Below are positions 11,915-22,462 of a DNA stretch of 64,000 nt, piece after piece (position 1 is the first letter of the stretch; every line of letters begins with the position of its first letter). Below the pieces are notes generated by a model. That model saw nothing but the letters and a program-made list of their open reading frames with translations, did no database searches and was not told where the DNA came from. The stretch is from Candidatus Omnitrophota bacterium (GTDB lineage: Bacteria > Omnitrophota > Gorgyraeia > JAFGHF01), in NCBI GenBank assembly GCA_043805735.1, contig JAZDHS010000004.1, forward strand, positions 583 to 64,582, read 5' to 3'. A program made the position numbers and the translations under genes.

Positions 11915-13666
11915 GTGTCCAGAGAAAGCGTTAACCGCCGCCTTAATTTTGTATTTCTTTGCTTTATAGTACTTTTTTCTCTTCTTACCCTGCGCCTTCT
12001 ATATGTCCAGGTGTTTCAATCCACGCACTTAAGGAAGCTCGCCAGCCAACAACACAATATCTTCACCGAAATCCCTCCAGAGAGAGGCGTCATTTTTGAC
12101 CGCAAACTCACCCCTTTAGCAGTTAATAGTATTGCTTATTCTGCCTTTGCCACTCAAGAGGCAACGTATGAAGGGCTAGTTGCGCGCAAGCTCGATACGC
12201 TGTTGGGATTGAGCCGGGCTCTACTTAAGGAAAAATTAAAACTGGGGAAAAATTTTATTTGGCTCAAGAGGAAAATTCCCCCAGAAACATCTTTAAAAAT
12301 CAAGGAGTTACGTATTCCCGGGATTGACCTGATCAAGGAGAATAGAAGGTTTTATCCCGAAGGCCACTTAGCCTGCCATCTTTTAGGTTTTACCGATATT
12401 GATAATAAGGGATTGGAGGGTTTGGAGCTCTATTGCGATGCCTATCTTGCCGGGATCAAAGGCTGGCGTATGGCCCAGCGCGATGCCAAAAGAAGAGAAA
12501 TGGTCTGTTGGGGATATAAGACTATTTTGCCTACTGATGGCTACAATATTATTTTAACCATCGATAGCGTTATTCAAAGCATTACCGAGCGTCATTTGCG
12601 CAAGGCCGCCGAAAAATATAAAGTGGACTCGGCTACCGCCATCGTCATTGAGCCTAAAAGCGGAGAGATTTTAGCGTTATATAATTATCCTGATTACGAT
12701 ATCAATAACGCCGGTGAATACGATGCGTCGGTACGCCGAAATGTGGCCATTACGGATATGTTTGAGCCGGGTTCTTCATTTAAATTTGTCACCGCGGCCG
12801 CGGCATTAGAAGAGAAAAAAGTTGCTCCGACAGATGTATTTGATTGCGAAAATGGCGAATATGCCTTTGGCAGACGCGTCCTTCACGATTACCATCCCTA
12901 CGGTAACCTTACCTTTAAACAAGTAATTGAGAACTCCAGCAATATCGGAGTAGCTAAGATTGCGCTAATTTTAGGTAAGGACATGCTCTATAAATATATC
13001 CGCGCTTTTGGATTCGGCAGCCCTACGGGAATTGATTTATCCGGAGAAGTAGCGGGATATATCCGGCCGGTGGCCCAGTGGTCGAAGATATCAATTACTT
13101 CTCTGCCGATGGGGCAGGAGGTGAACGTAACGGCATTACAGTTAGTTTGCGCCATGGCGGCAGTGGCCAATGACGGCGTACTGATGAAACCGAAAATTAT
13201 TCGTTTTGTGCAAGATAAAGATGGCGAGGTGATTAAGTCCTTTCCGGCAGAGCAGGCGCGCCGGATAGTTTCCACTGAAACTGCCGACACGCTTACCGAA
13301 ATGCTCATCGGCGTGGTCGAGACCGGCACCGGTAAAAAGGCTCAAGTTGCCGGATATAAAACAGCAGGCAAGACCGGTACCGCCCAAAAAGCCAGGCCCG
13401 AAGGCGGATATTATGAACGTAAATACGTCTCAACCTTTGTCGGGTTTGTCCCGGCCGACGAGCCGATGATAGCCATTTTAGTAACCCTAAATGACCCCCA
13501 TCCGCAATATTTTGGCGGTACGGTTTGCGCGCCGGTGTTTGAAAAAATTGCCACCGAAACTATTCGTTATCTCAACATCGCCAAAAATATTGAGCAATTG
13601 CAGGCTGAACAAACACCGCTAGGAGAAGAAGAGGAAGAGGGCAATGAGACTCAAGGATTTAATTAA
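11915..13666 (+). CDS. ftsI: Peptidoglycan D,D-transpeptidase FtsI (PBP3)
   Basis: N-terminal TM segment, PBP dimerisation domain, and transpeptidase motifs SxxK (GSSFK), SxN (SSN) and KTG (KTGTA). Confidence 0.95.
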   Translation: MSRESVNRRLNFVFLCFIVLFSLLTLRLLYVQVFQSTHLRKLASQQHNIFTEIPPERGVIFDRKLTPLAVNSIAYSAFATQEATYEGLVARKLDTLLGLSRALLKEKLKLGKNFIWLKRKIPPETSLKIKELRIPGIDLIKENRRFYPEGHLACHLLGFTDIDNKGLEGLELYCDAYLAGIKGWRMAQRDAKRREMVCWGYKTILPTDGYNIILTIDSVIQSITERHLRKAAEKYKVDSATAIVIEPKSGEILALYNYPDYDINNAGEYDASVRRNVAITDMFEPGSSFKFVTAAAALEEKKVAPTDVFDCENGEYAFGRRVLHDYHPYGNLTFKQVIENSSNIGVAKIALILGKDMLYKYIRAFGFGSPTGIDLSGEVAGYIRPVAQWSKISITSLPMGQEVNVTALQLVCAMAAVANDGVLMKPKIIRFVQDKDGEVIKSFPAEQARRIVSTETADTLTEMLIGVVETGTGKKAQVAGYKTAGKTGTAQKARPEGGYYERKYVSTFVGFVPADEPMIAILVTLNDPHPQYFGGTVCAPVFEKIATETIRYLNIAKNIEQLQAEQTPLGEEEEEGNETQGFN

Positions 13667-15113
13667 AGACTTATCTTATAAAAAAGCCGAAAATTTGCAA
13701 GACGCAGAAATTACCGGCGTGGGTGTAAATTCCCATACCGTTTCACCCGGATATCTTTTCGTGGCCGTAAAAGGCGAACGGCTTGATGGCCACAATTTTG
13801 TGCCGGAGGCAATTGCTAAAGGCGCACGTGCCGTGGTTATAGAAAAAGATTTGCCGCTTTCCGCCTCCGTGGCAAAAATAGTGGTCGCGGATACACGCGC
13901 GGCGCTGATAAAACTCTGCGCCGCTTTTTTTGAACATCCGGCAGAAAAACTAAACAATGTGGGCATCACCGGGACTAACGGTAAAACTACGGTGTCATAT
14001 CTTATTGAGACGATGCTTGGTTACGCTGGATACAAAAGCGGCGTAATTGGGACGATCAACTACCGGGTAGCCGGAAAAAATTACCCTGCCACTAATACCA
14101 CGCCCGGGGCCGATATCCTGCATCGCTTTTTGCGAGAAATTGTCTCGGCGCAAGCTAAATATGCTATAATAGAAGTGTCCAGCCACGCCTTGGAGCAGAA
14201 AAGGACGAGCGGCATCCGTTTTCAAAGTGCGATCTTCACCAATTTGTCGGCCGAGCACCTCGACTATCATAAAACAATGGCCAATTATTTTACGGCTAAG
14301 GCACGGCTGTTCAGAGCGTTGGATAAAAAAGCCTGGGCGATTGTTAATACTGATGATGCCTATGGCCGAAAACTGGTTAAAATAACCAAGGCCCAAGTTT
14401 TGACGTACGGGCTGGCGCACGTGGCGGACATTCAGGCCCAGGGCCTGACCTTAGACGTGCGCGGGAGTCGTTTCACGGTTCGCACCCCGCAGGGAAGTTT
14501 TTTGGTTAACACGCCGCTGATCGGCGAACACAATATCTATAACATACTGGCCGCAATCGGATTTGCCTGTGCTGAACATCTCGACATGACGCCGGTCTTG
14601 GTGGCGTTAAAAAGCTTTAACGGTACTCCGGGCCGCCTGGAACGCGTTGAATGCGGTCAGGACTTTGCGGTTTTTATTGACTATGCCCATACTGATGCGG
14701 CGTTAAAAATAGTGTTGGACACGGTGCGGCGCTTGAGCCCGGGCCGGGTAATTGTAGTTTTTGGCTGTGGAGGGGATAGAGATAAACAAAAACGGCCGCG
14801 AATGGGAAAAGTGGCTACCGAGCGCGCCGACTCTGTCATTATTACTTGCGATAATCCGCGCAGCGAAAAACCCGAACAGATTGTTAACGATATCTTAAAA
14901 GGCATTAGCGCAAAAAAACACAATTATACGGTAGTGCTGGACAGGTATGCCGCAATTCGCGAGGCGTTAACGCAGGCCGAGGTTAATGATGTGGTTGTCA
15001 TCGCGGGAAAGGGCCATGAAAACGTGCAGATTTTCGCCGAGCGTACCGTTGCTTTTAGCGATCGCAGTTGCACAGAAGAAATTCTTAAATGTTTACCATT
15101 AGCGAAATCTTAA
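13644..15113 (+). CDS. murE: UDP-N-acetylmuramoyl-L-alanyl-D-glutamate--2,6-diaminopimelate ligase
   Basis: Mur ligase P-loop GTNGKTT and the DNPR motif (CDNPRSE) typical of MurE, in dcw order. Confidence 0.95.
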   Translation: MRLKDLIKDLSYKKAENLQDAEITGVGVNSHTVSPGYLFVAVKGERLDGHNFVPEAIAKGARAVVIEKDLPLSASVAKIVVADTRAALIKLCAAFFEHPAEKLNNVGITGTNGKTTVSYLIETMLGYAGYKSGVIGTINYRVAGKNYPATNTTPGADILHRFLREIVSAQAKYAIIEVSSHALEQKRTSGIRFQSAIFTNLSAEHLDYHKTMANYFTAKARLFRALDKKAWAIVNTDDAYGRKLVKITKAQVLTYGLAHVADIQAQGLTLDVRGSRFTVRTPQGSFLVNTPLIGEHNIYNILAAIGFACAEHLDMTPVLVALKSFNGTPGRLERVECGQDFAVFIDYAHTDAALKIVLDTVRRLSPGRVIVVFGCGGDRDKQKRPRMGKVATERADSVIITCDNPRSEKPEQIVNDILKGISAKKHNYTVVLDRYAAIREALTQAEVNDVVVIAGKGHENVQIFAERTVAFSDRSCTEEILKCLPLAKS

Positions 15114-16477
15114 ACGCCACCGGCGGAAAATTAGTAAATGGAGAGAAAGAAAAAAGCGTGGTCGGGGTATCGCTGGACTCGCGCACGGTAAAACCGGATG
15201 AGCTTTTTATTGCCCTGTCCGGTGAGCGTTACGATGGCCATGACTTTATTCAAGAGGCGCTGCGTAAAGGGGCGGGGGCAATTCTTTTTTCTCAACCCGA
15301 CCAAGATGTGCTCAAGGTCTCAGCGCGCGAGCTAAAAAAAGTACCGATGATCAGAGTAAAAAATACTATTTTTAGCCTAGGTGATTTAGCGCATTGGCAC
15401 AGGATGAAATTCCGTATCCCGGTTATCGGCATTACCGGCAGTAACGGCAAGACCACAACAAAAGAAATGCTCGCCGCCTTGTTGAGCACGCGTTATCGTT
15501 TGTTGTTTAATCCGGGCACGCAAAATAACCATATTGGCGTGCCTTTGACTTTGTTGCGCTTACGCAAAGAACATGCCATGTGCATTTTAGAAATGGGCAC
15601 CAACCATTTTGGTGAAATTGACCGACTCGCCCGTATCGCCCAGCCGACGATGGCCGTGATTACCAATATTGGCCCATCCCACCTTGAGTTTCTTAAAACC
15701 TTAGCTGGAGTTCGTAAAGCCAAGCTGGAACTCTTGCCTTATTTACCTAAAGGCGCAAAGGTGATTATTAATCGCGATGACCGGATTTTGTTTCCTTTGA
15801 AAAAGGCTTCGGCCAATGCTATTACCTTTGGTTTTAATCCAGATGCGCAGTATCGAGCGGAAGTAATCAAGCAGTCCGCAAAAGGCATCAATTTCCGTTT
15901 AAATCATAAGCAGAAATTTTTCTTGCCGCTGTTCGGCCGCCATAATATTTATAATGCCTTAGCCAGCATTACCGCTGCCCGCTGTTTTGGACTATCCTAT
16001 CAGGCGATGCAAGAGGCGTTGGCAGTTTTTAAGCCGCTACCGATGCGGATGCAAACAGTCTCGCACGATGGCGTGACGCTGTTTGTCGATTGCTATAATT
16101 CTAACCCGGCATCGATGGCTTACGCGCTTGATTTTTTGAAAGATTACGCTACCCAGGGTAGAAGGATCGCGATTTTTGGCGATATGCTGGAGTTAGGCGC
16201 GCGCGCAGCTGAAATCCACGCCCAGATTGGCCGAAAAATAGTTAAGAGTAACATTGATATTTTGATTTCTGTTGGCAAGTTGGCAAAACATATCGTTCGC
16301 GGCGCTCACGGTGCGGGAATGCCGCGTAAAACAGCACGTACTTGTCGCACCGCGGAAGAGGCGGCCGCGCTTTTAGGCAGCCTCGTCGGCCCTGGCGATA
16401 TCGTCTTAGTCAAAGGTTCGCGGGCAATGAAAATGGAGAACACACTTAAATGTTTTACTGGCTTTTCTATCCATTAA
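15089..16477 (+). CDS. murF: UDP-N-acetylmuramoyl-tripeptide--D-alanyl-D-alanine ligase
   Basis: Mur ligase P-loop GSNGKTTT and Mur ligase C domain, in dcw order. Confidence 0.95.
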   Translation: MFTISEILNATGGKLVNGEKEKSVVGVSLDSRTVKPDELFIALSGERYDGHDFIQEALRKGAGAILFSQPDQDVLKVSARELKKVPMIRVKNTIFSLGDLAHWHRMKFRIPVIGITGSNGKTTTKEMLAALLSTRYRLLFNPGTQNNHIGVPLTLLRLRKEHAMCILEMGTNHFGEIDRLARIAQPTMAVITNIGPSHLEFLKTLAGVRKAKLELLPYLPKGAKVIINRDDRILFPLKKASANAITFGFNPDAQYRAEVIKQSAKGINFRLNHKQKFFLPLFGRHNIYNALASITAARCFGLSYQAMQEALAVFKPLPMRMQTVSHDGVTLFVDCYNSNPASMAYALDFLKDYATQGRRIAIFGDMLELGARAAEIHAQIGRKIVKSNIDILISVGKLAKHIVRGAHGAGMPRKTARTCRTAEEAAALLGSLVGPGDIVLVKGSRAMKMENTLKCFTGFSIH

Positions 16478-17541
16478 GAGAGATATTTTTTGGCTTTAAT
16501 GTCTTCCGCTACATCACCTTTCGGGCGGCAATGGCCAGCGTCACGGCCTTTATTTTGTGCATGTGCATGGGGCCCTGGCTGATTAAAAAACTGACCAAAC
16601 TCAAAATCGGTGAAAATATTATTGATGAGAAAACCTCTCCGTATCTGCATCAGCTGCACAGTGGGAAAAAGGGCGTACCGACGATGGGCGGGCTCTTAAT
16701 TTTATTTGCCGCGTTGACCTCCACGGTTCTTTGGGCGAGGCTGGATAACCGTTATGTCGGGGTCGTGCTTTTCTCGACGTTCTGGCTGGGTATCGTCGGT
16801 TTCTTGGATGATTACATCAAGTTAGTGAACAAACGTTCCAAGGGGCTGACTGCGGGAATGAAATTAGTCGGGCAGGGCATTTTAGCCTTAAGCGTGGGCC
16901 TGTTTGCCTTTTACGACCCCAATCTTGGCAGCAACGTTACTGTGCCGTTTTTAAAAGATGTTGTTATTCCGTTGGGTGTTTTGTACATTTTCTTTGTTGC
17001 CTTCGTGATTATCGGTTCTTCTAACGCGGTTAATCTCACCGACGGTTTAGATGGCCTGGCCATCGGTTGCGTGATGATGGTGGCGCTTACTTACAGTATC
17101 TTCAGCTATGTCACCGGCCACGCCAAATTCAGCGAATATTTACAGATTGCCTATGTGCCGGGAACCGGAGAACTGGCCATTTTTTGCGCGGCCGTAATGG
17201 GGGCGTCGATTGGATTCTTGTGGTTTAATGCCCATCCGGCCGAGGTGTTTATGGGTGATACCGGGTCGTTGGCTTTGGGTGGGGCGATTGGAACTGTAGC
17301 GGTATTAATCAAGAAAGAGCTGCTCCTGGTTTTAGCCGGTGGAATTTTCGCGGCCGAGGCCTTGTCGGTAATTTTACAAGTCGTCTCGTTTAAATTGCGC
17401 GGTAAGAGAATTTTTCGCGTGGCGCCGCTACACCACCATTTTCAGTTTATGGGGATGCCGGAGTCGAAAGTAACGATTCGCTTTTGGATTGTTTCGGTAA
17501 TGTTAGCGCTTTTGTCTTTGGCGACGCTCAAGTTACGCTAG
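16450..17541 (+). CDS. mraY: Phospho-N-acetylmuramoyl-pentapeptide transferase
   Basis: Polytopic membrane protein with the MraY motifs VPTMGG, NLTDGLDGLA and FMGDTGS. Confidence 0.95.
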   Translation: MFYWLFYPLREIFFGFNVFRYITFRAAMASVTAFILCMCMGPWLIKKLTKLKIGENIIDEKTSPYLHQLHSGKKGVPTMGGLLILFAALTSTVLWARLDNRYVGVVLFSTFWLGIVGFLDDYIKLVNKRSKGLTAGMKLVGQGILALSVGLFAFYDPNLGSNVTVPFLKDVVIPLGVLYIFFVAFVIIGSSNAVNLTDGLDGLAIGCVMMVALTYSIFSYVTGHAKFSEYLQIAYVPGTGELAIFCAAVMGASIGFLWFNAHPAEVFMGDTGSLALGGAIGTVAVLIKKELLLVLAGGIFAAEALSVILQVVSFKLRGKRIFRVAPLHHHFQFMGMPESKVTIRFWIVSVMLALLSLATLKLR

Positions 17542-17563
17542 AGAAAGTATTGCCGAAGGAGAA

Positions 17564-18841
17564 ATGATGGAGCTTAAGGGAAAAAAAGTAACTGTAGTCG
17601 GTTTAGGCAAAAGTGGAGTAGCCGCCTGTAATCTTCTGGTGAAAAAAGGGGCCCAGGTGTGCCTTACCGAGGCGCAGGATAACCCCAAGATTAGAGAAAC
17701 CCTTAAAGGCTTGGATCCGAGAGTGCAGGATATTGAAATAGGGGGGCACAGCGAACGATTTATCCAAGATCAGGATTTGGTGGTGACCTCACCCGGCGTG
17801 GCGCTTAAATCTTTACCGCTAAAGTGGGCTCAAGAAAAAGCAATCCCGGTTATCGCTGAGGTGGAATTAGCCTTTCGTTTTTGTCCGGCGCCGGTAGTGG
17901 CGATTAGCGGCACCAACGGTAAAACCACGGTCACTACTCTTACCGGAAGAGTCATCGAGGCGGCGGGGCGCAGGGCAATAGTCTGCGGCAATATCGGCAA
18001 TCCTTTTAGCGGCGAAGTGCAGCGGATTGGCCCTGAGGATTTAGTGGTGCTGGAAATCAGCTCCTTTCAGCTTGAAACTATTGCGAGTTTCCGGCCTAAA
18101 GTAGCGGCGATTTTAAATGTCACCGCCGACCATCTGGACCGGCACGCTGATTTTAATGAGTATGTTCAAGCGAAATGCCGCATTTTTATGAATCAGACCG
18201 CCGATGATTGGGCGGTATTTAGAGAAGACAATGATGCGCGGTTTTCCTTTTCACGTAAGACGAAAGCAAAAGTGCGTTATTATACGCGCACTATTTCCCA
18301 CGACGAAAGAGTAAAGGGCTTCAATGACAATTTTCTGGCCGTAATGGCGATTACCGCGGCGTTGGGTATTGACGAGCGGGTGGCGGTAGAGACCTGCGCC
18401 AATTTTAAAGGGATTGAGCACCGCTTGGAAGAAGTGGAGCAGATCCACGGGGTCACCTTTATTAACGATTCCAAAGGTACCAATGTCGATTCGACCCTCT
18501 GGGCGCTTGATGTAGTCAAACAACCGATAATTTTGATTGCCGGGGGAAGGGATAAGGATAGTGATTTTACTTTGATTCGAGACGTAATGCAAAAACGTGT
18601 TGTGGCGATGGTCTTGCTGGGCGAGGCTAAGGATAAGATGTTGCGGGCCTTCTCCGATATCGTGCCGACGCACACTGCGGCGACGTTAGCCGAGGCGGTC
18701 GAGTGCGCCTTTCGTATCGCCCAACCCGGATATTCGGTCTTATTTTCTCCGATGTGCGCAAGTTTTGATATGTTTGCCAATTACATTGAACGAGGAAACA
18801 TCTTTAAAGGGCTAGTGCGCCAGTTATCCCAACGGTCATAA
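17564..18841 (+). CDS. murD: UDP-N-acetylmuramoylalanine--D-glutamate ligase
   Basis: N-terminal Rossmann fold (VVGLGKSG) and Mur ligase P-loop GTNGKTT. Confidence 0.95.
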   Translation: MMELKGKKVTVVGLGKSGVAACNLLVKKGAQVCLTEAQDNPKIRETLKGLDPRVQDIEIGGHSERFIQDQDLVVTSPGVALKSLPLKWAQEKAIPVIAEVELAFRFCPAPVVAISGTNGKTTVTTLTGRVIEAAGRRAIVCGNIGNPFSGEVQRIGPEDLVVLEISSFQLETIASFRPKVAAILNVTADHLDRHADFNEYVQAKCRIFMNQTADDWAVFREDNDARFSFSRKTKAKVRYYTRTISHDERVKGFNDNFLAVMAITAALGIDERVAVETCANFKGIEHRLEEVEQIHGVTFINDSKGTNVDSTLWALDVVKQPIILIAGGRDKDSDFTLIRDVMQKRVVAMVLLGEAKDKMLRAFSDIVPTHTAATLAEAVECAFRIAQPGYSVLFSPMCASFDMFANYIERGNIFKGLVRQLSQRS

Positions 18842-18857
18842 CCTCTCTCGATAATTT

Positions 18858-19961
18858 ATGCGCCGAATAAGAATTTCTATTTTTATGATTGTGGTTACGC
18901 TCTTATGTATCGGAGTGGTGATGGTCTACAGTTCCAGCGCCATGTTTTCCTATGACCGCTACCGTTCGACCACTTTTTTTCTCAGCCATCATCTGTTGCA
19001 TCTGCTCATTGGTATGGTGCTTGCCGCTTTCGTCATGAGTATTGATTTGCTGCTTTTGCGGCGTTGGATTAAACCGCTGTTTATCTTTTCGGTGTTTTTA
19101 CTGTTTATTGTCTTTATTCCTGCCGTTGGCAAGACGGTAGGCGGCGCGCGGCGTTGGATAAAAATCGGCAGTTTTGCTTTTCAGCCGAGCGAATTGGTCC
19201 GCTGGACCACCGTTTTATTTCTTGCCGATGCCTTAGCCCAAAAAGTAAAAGAAAATATGCATCAGCTACGCGATTTTTTTGGGCTTTTGGCCATCAGTGG
19301 TGGCGTGTCGGCGCTGATACTAATCCAACCGGATTTGGGTGGGGCGCTTTCGGTAGCGGTGGTCAGTATGGTGTTGTTTTTTGTGGTCGGGATGAACATG
19401 CGGCATATCCTGGCGATGTTGTTGGCGTGTTTGCCAGTGCTTTATTTCGCAATTTTTCTTGTCCCCTACCGTAGGAAAAGGATTTTTGCTTTTCTTAATC
19501 CCTGGGCCGATGCGCGCGGGATCGGTTTTCAAATGGTCCAATCCTATCTGGCCTTAGGCCTGGGTGGAATTTTTGGCGTGGGTTTAGGGCAGAGCAAGCA
19601 GAAGCTGTTTTATCTTCCGGCCGCGCATACCGATTTTATTTTCTCCATTATCGGTGAAGAACTAGGCCTGATCGGCACTATCGCGATTATTGTGCTATTC
19701 ATGCTTTTTTTCTGGCAGGGTATCCGCATTGCCTTGCGTTGCGCGGATAGTTTTATTCAACTGCTCAGTTTTGGAATAGTGGCCACTATTGTCTTCTCAA
19801 CGTTAGTGCATATTGCGGTCGTCTGCGGGGCCGTGCCCACCAAGGGTTTGCCTCTACCCTTTATTAGCTACGGCGGGTCAGCCTTGGTTTTTAATATGGC
19901 GGCAGTGGGGTTATTGTTAAATATTTCCCGGGACCGTTATTGCGGGGGAGAGGTAAAATGA
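18858..19961 (+). CDS. ftsW: Peptidoglycan glycosyltransferase FtsW (SEDS)
   Basis: 10-TM SEDS protein with conserved FQPSE and DFIFS motifs, between murD and murG. Confidence 0.9.
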   Translation: MRRIRISIFMIVVTLLCIGVVMVYSSSAMFSYDRYRSTTFFLSHHLLHLLIGMVLAAFVMSIDLLLLRRWIKPLFIFSVFLLFIVFIPAVGKTVGGARRWIKIGSFAFQPSELVRWTTVLFLADALAQKVKENMHQLRDFFGLLAISGGVSALILIQPDLGGALSVAVVSMVLFFVVGMNMRHILAMLLACLPVLYFAIFLVPYRRKRIFAFLNPWADARGIGFQMVQSYLALGLGGIFGVGLGQSKQKLFYLPAAHTDFIFSIIGEELGLIGTIAIIVLFMLFFWQGIRIALRCADSFIQLLSFGIVATIVFSTLVHIAVVCGAVPTKGLPLPFISYGGSALVFNMAAVGLLLNISRDRYCGGEVK

Positions 19962-21079
19962 GGGTTTTGATTGCCTGCGGGGGTACCGCCGGGCATATAT
20001 TTCCCGGAGCGGCTTTGGCCGAGGAGCTAAAAAAATATAATGAGCATTCGCATATCGTGCTTGTTGTTTCCGGGCGCGCTCGCGATAAAGAATATCTCGA
20101 GGCGGCAAAATTTTTTTTAAAAGGTGTTGCGCTTGAACATATTATTTCCGCGCCTTTACCCTATACCTTTTCCTGGAAATTAATCCCTTTTGGCTTTAAA
20201 TTACTGGCGGCGCTTACTCAGTCGTTAGTCATTGTGCTGCGCCATCGGCCTTATGTTGTTGTTGGATTTGGCGGCTATATTTCGTTTGCGCCGGTGTGTA
20301 TTGCCCGGATCTTAAGAATTCCGACGCTGATTCATGAGCAAAATCTTATTCCCGGAAGGGCGAATCATTACTTAACCCGCTGGGTGAAAAAAATAGCTAC
20401 CTCTTTCGAGGAGACTAAGCGTTATTTCTCCGCAGCGCAGCTGGAGAATAAAATTGTCCACACCGGGCTGCCACTGCGCCGTGATTTTGTGTTAACCATG
20501 GATAGCGCCGGGCTGCGCCATAGCCCGCAAGATAAGGAAAAATGTACTATTCTTGTGGTCGGAGGCAGCCAGGGCGCTCAGGCCATTAATGCCCTGGTGC
20601 TGGAGAGCATCAGTAAAATGAGCCGGGAGCAATTAGCGAAGATCCGGGTAATTCATCTTACCGGAAAGTCCGACTATCGCCTGGTTAAAAACCAGTATGA
20701 TAAATTGGCGCTGGAGCATTTGGTTTATGATTTTTTTGAAGATATGCCCAGCGTCTACCGCATTGCCGATTTAATTATCGGCCGTTCCGGCGCTAGCACT
20801 ATTTTTGAGGCCGCCTGTTTTGGGCTACCCTGTATTTTAATTCCCTATCCGCACGGGACACTCCATCAGAAGGAGAATGCCCTGTTTTTACAGCGCCGCG
20901 GCGCGGCCTTAATGCTTGATGAAGGCACCGCCCGGGCGCAGGACTTACAAAAAATGATCTTGGAACTTATTGAAAACCCGGATGCGCGTCATGCGCTCTC
21001 CAAAAGTATCAGTTCGTTAAGGGTGCCCAACGCGCGCAAGAATCTTATCGACCTGGTGTATTCTTTACGTAAGGAATAG
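19958..21079 (+). CDS. murG: UDP-GlcNAc--lipid I N-acetylglucosaminyltransferase
   Basis: GGTAGH motif near the N-terminus. RBS GGAGAGG precedes ATG 19958. The listed ATG at 19940 lies inside ftsW. Confidence 0.9.
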   Translation: MRVLIACGGTAGHIFPGAALAEELKKYNEHSHIVLVVSGRARDKEYLEAAKFFLKGVALEHIISAPLPYTFSWKLIPFGFKLLAALTQSLVIVLRHRPYVVVGFGGYISFAPVCIARILRIPTLIHEQNLIPGRANHYLTRWVKKIATSFEETKRYFSAAQLENKIVHTGLPLRRDFVLTMDSAGLRHSPQDKEKCTILVVGGSQGAQAINALVLESISKMSREQLAKIRVIHLTGKSDYRLVKNQYDKLALEHLVYDFFEDMPSVYRIADLIIGRSGASTIFEAACFGLPCILIPYPHGTLHQKENALFLQRRGAALMLDEGTARAQDLQKMILELIENPDARHALSKSISSLRVPNARKNLIDLVYSLRKE

Positions 21080-21082
21080 ACG

Positions 21083-22462
21083 GTGTTTAGCAATCAAAAA
21101 AAAGTACATTTAATGGGAATTGGCGGAATTGGGATGAGCGGAATCGCGCAAATTCTTTTAGCCCAAGGTTGCCGGGTGAGCGGCTGTGATGTCAAGGCCT
21201 CCAGCTTAACGGAAAAGCTGCAACAGCTGGGAGCGAATATTGTTATCGGCCATGCGCCGGACCATCTTGATGATGTCGAAGTGCTGGTTTATAGTTCGGC
21301 CATCGCCAAAGACAATCCGGAGCTCGTTGGGGCGTATGCGCGTAACCTCGTGGTGTTATGGCGAGCCCAGGCGCTGGCGCTTTTAGCCAATCAAAAAAAG
21401 ACCATTTCCGTTACCGGGGCTCACGGCAAAACTACCACCTCTTCGATGATTGCCCATATCTTGGCTAAGTGCAATCTTAAACCGACGATTTGCGTCGGGG
21501 GTGAGCTCTTCAGCTTAAACGGTAATGCCTTCCGCGGCGAAAGCAATTATTTTGTCTTGGAGGCCGATGAAAGCGACGGTTCTTTTCTGCATCTAGCCCC
21601 CTTATATTCAGTGGTGACGAATATTGACCGCGAACATTTGGATTATTACCGGGATTTAGAGCACATTTGCGCTACCTTTCGCGCCTTTTTGAGTAATACC
21701 AGAAAAGAAGGCGCAATTTTCTTTTGCCAGGATGATCCGATGTTGTCAAAAGTAGTGAGTTCTCTTGGTATTACTGCGCTGGGCTATGGATTTTCTGCGG
21801 ATGCCGCCGTTACCGCCCGCGATATCGTGGTCGAAAGTGGGCGAAGCCGCTTTACCTTTTTTGAACGCGAAAAAGCTCTTGGTGAAGTAACTTTAGAAAT
21901 TCCCGGCCGGCATAATATCTCCAACGCCCTGGCGGCAATCGCGGTAGGTTTGAAAATTGGTTTGGATTTTTCGGCTATTTGCCAAGCACTTACTTCTTTT
22001 AAAGGCGTAAGACGGCGCATGGAATTGAAGCTTCGCGAAAAAGGTATTTTGGTGTTTGAAGATTACGCCCATCACCCCACGGAAATCAAAGTGACCTTGG
22101 AGGCCTTAAAGACTTTTGGGCCGAAAAGGATACTGGCTGTATTTCAGCCACACCGCTACAGCCGGACCAAATTTTTGTTGCCTGAATTTGGCCGCTGCTT
22201 TGCCGGTGTCGACCAGCTCATTGTCACCGATATTTATGCCGCCAGCGAAACGCCTATTGCGGGAATAAGCGGCCGCTGCGTTTGCCAGGAAGCGGAAAAA
22301 GCGAAGGTACGGGAAGTCTTTTTTCTGCCGAAGCAAGAAATCGTTGCCCACCTTTTAGGACAACTGCGCCCGGGAGATCTCGTAGCCATTATGGGGGCAG
22401 GGGACATAGGAAACCTTTCCAATGTATTGGCTGAAGCGGTTAAAAAGTCGGATCAACTTTAA
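21083..22462 (+). CDS. murC: UDP-N-acetylmuramate--L-alanine ligase
   Basis: MGIGGIGMSG Rossmann N-terminus and Mur ligase P-loop GAHGKTTT. Confidence 0.95.
   Translation: MFSNQKKVHLMGIGGIGMSGIAQILLAQGCRVSGCDVKASSLTEKLQQLGANIVIGHAPDHLDDVEVLVYSSAIAKDNPELVGAYARNLVVLWRAQALALLANQKKTISVTGAHGKTTTSSMIAHILAKCNLKPTICVGGELFSLNGNAFRGESNYFVLEADESDGSFLHLAPLYSVVTNIDREHLDYYRDLEHICATFRAFLSNTRKEGAIFFCQDDPMLSKVVSSLGITALGYGFSADAAVTARDIVVESGRSRFTFFEREKALGEVTLEIPGRHNISNALAAIAVGLKIGLDFSAICQALTSFKGVRRRMELKLREKGILVFEDYAHHPTEIKVTLEALKTFGPKRILAVFQPHRYSRTKFLLPEFGRCFAGVDQLIVTDIYAASETPIAGISGRCVCQEAEKAKVREVFFLPKQEIVAHLLGQLRPGDLVAIMGAGDIGNLSNVLAEAVKKSDQL

Noticed and set aside
19154-19474. + strand ORF inside ftsW in another frame
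   Set aside because: It overlaps the conserved SEDS protein and has an Arg/Gly-rich shadow-frame composition.
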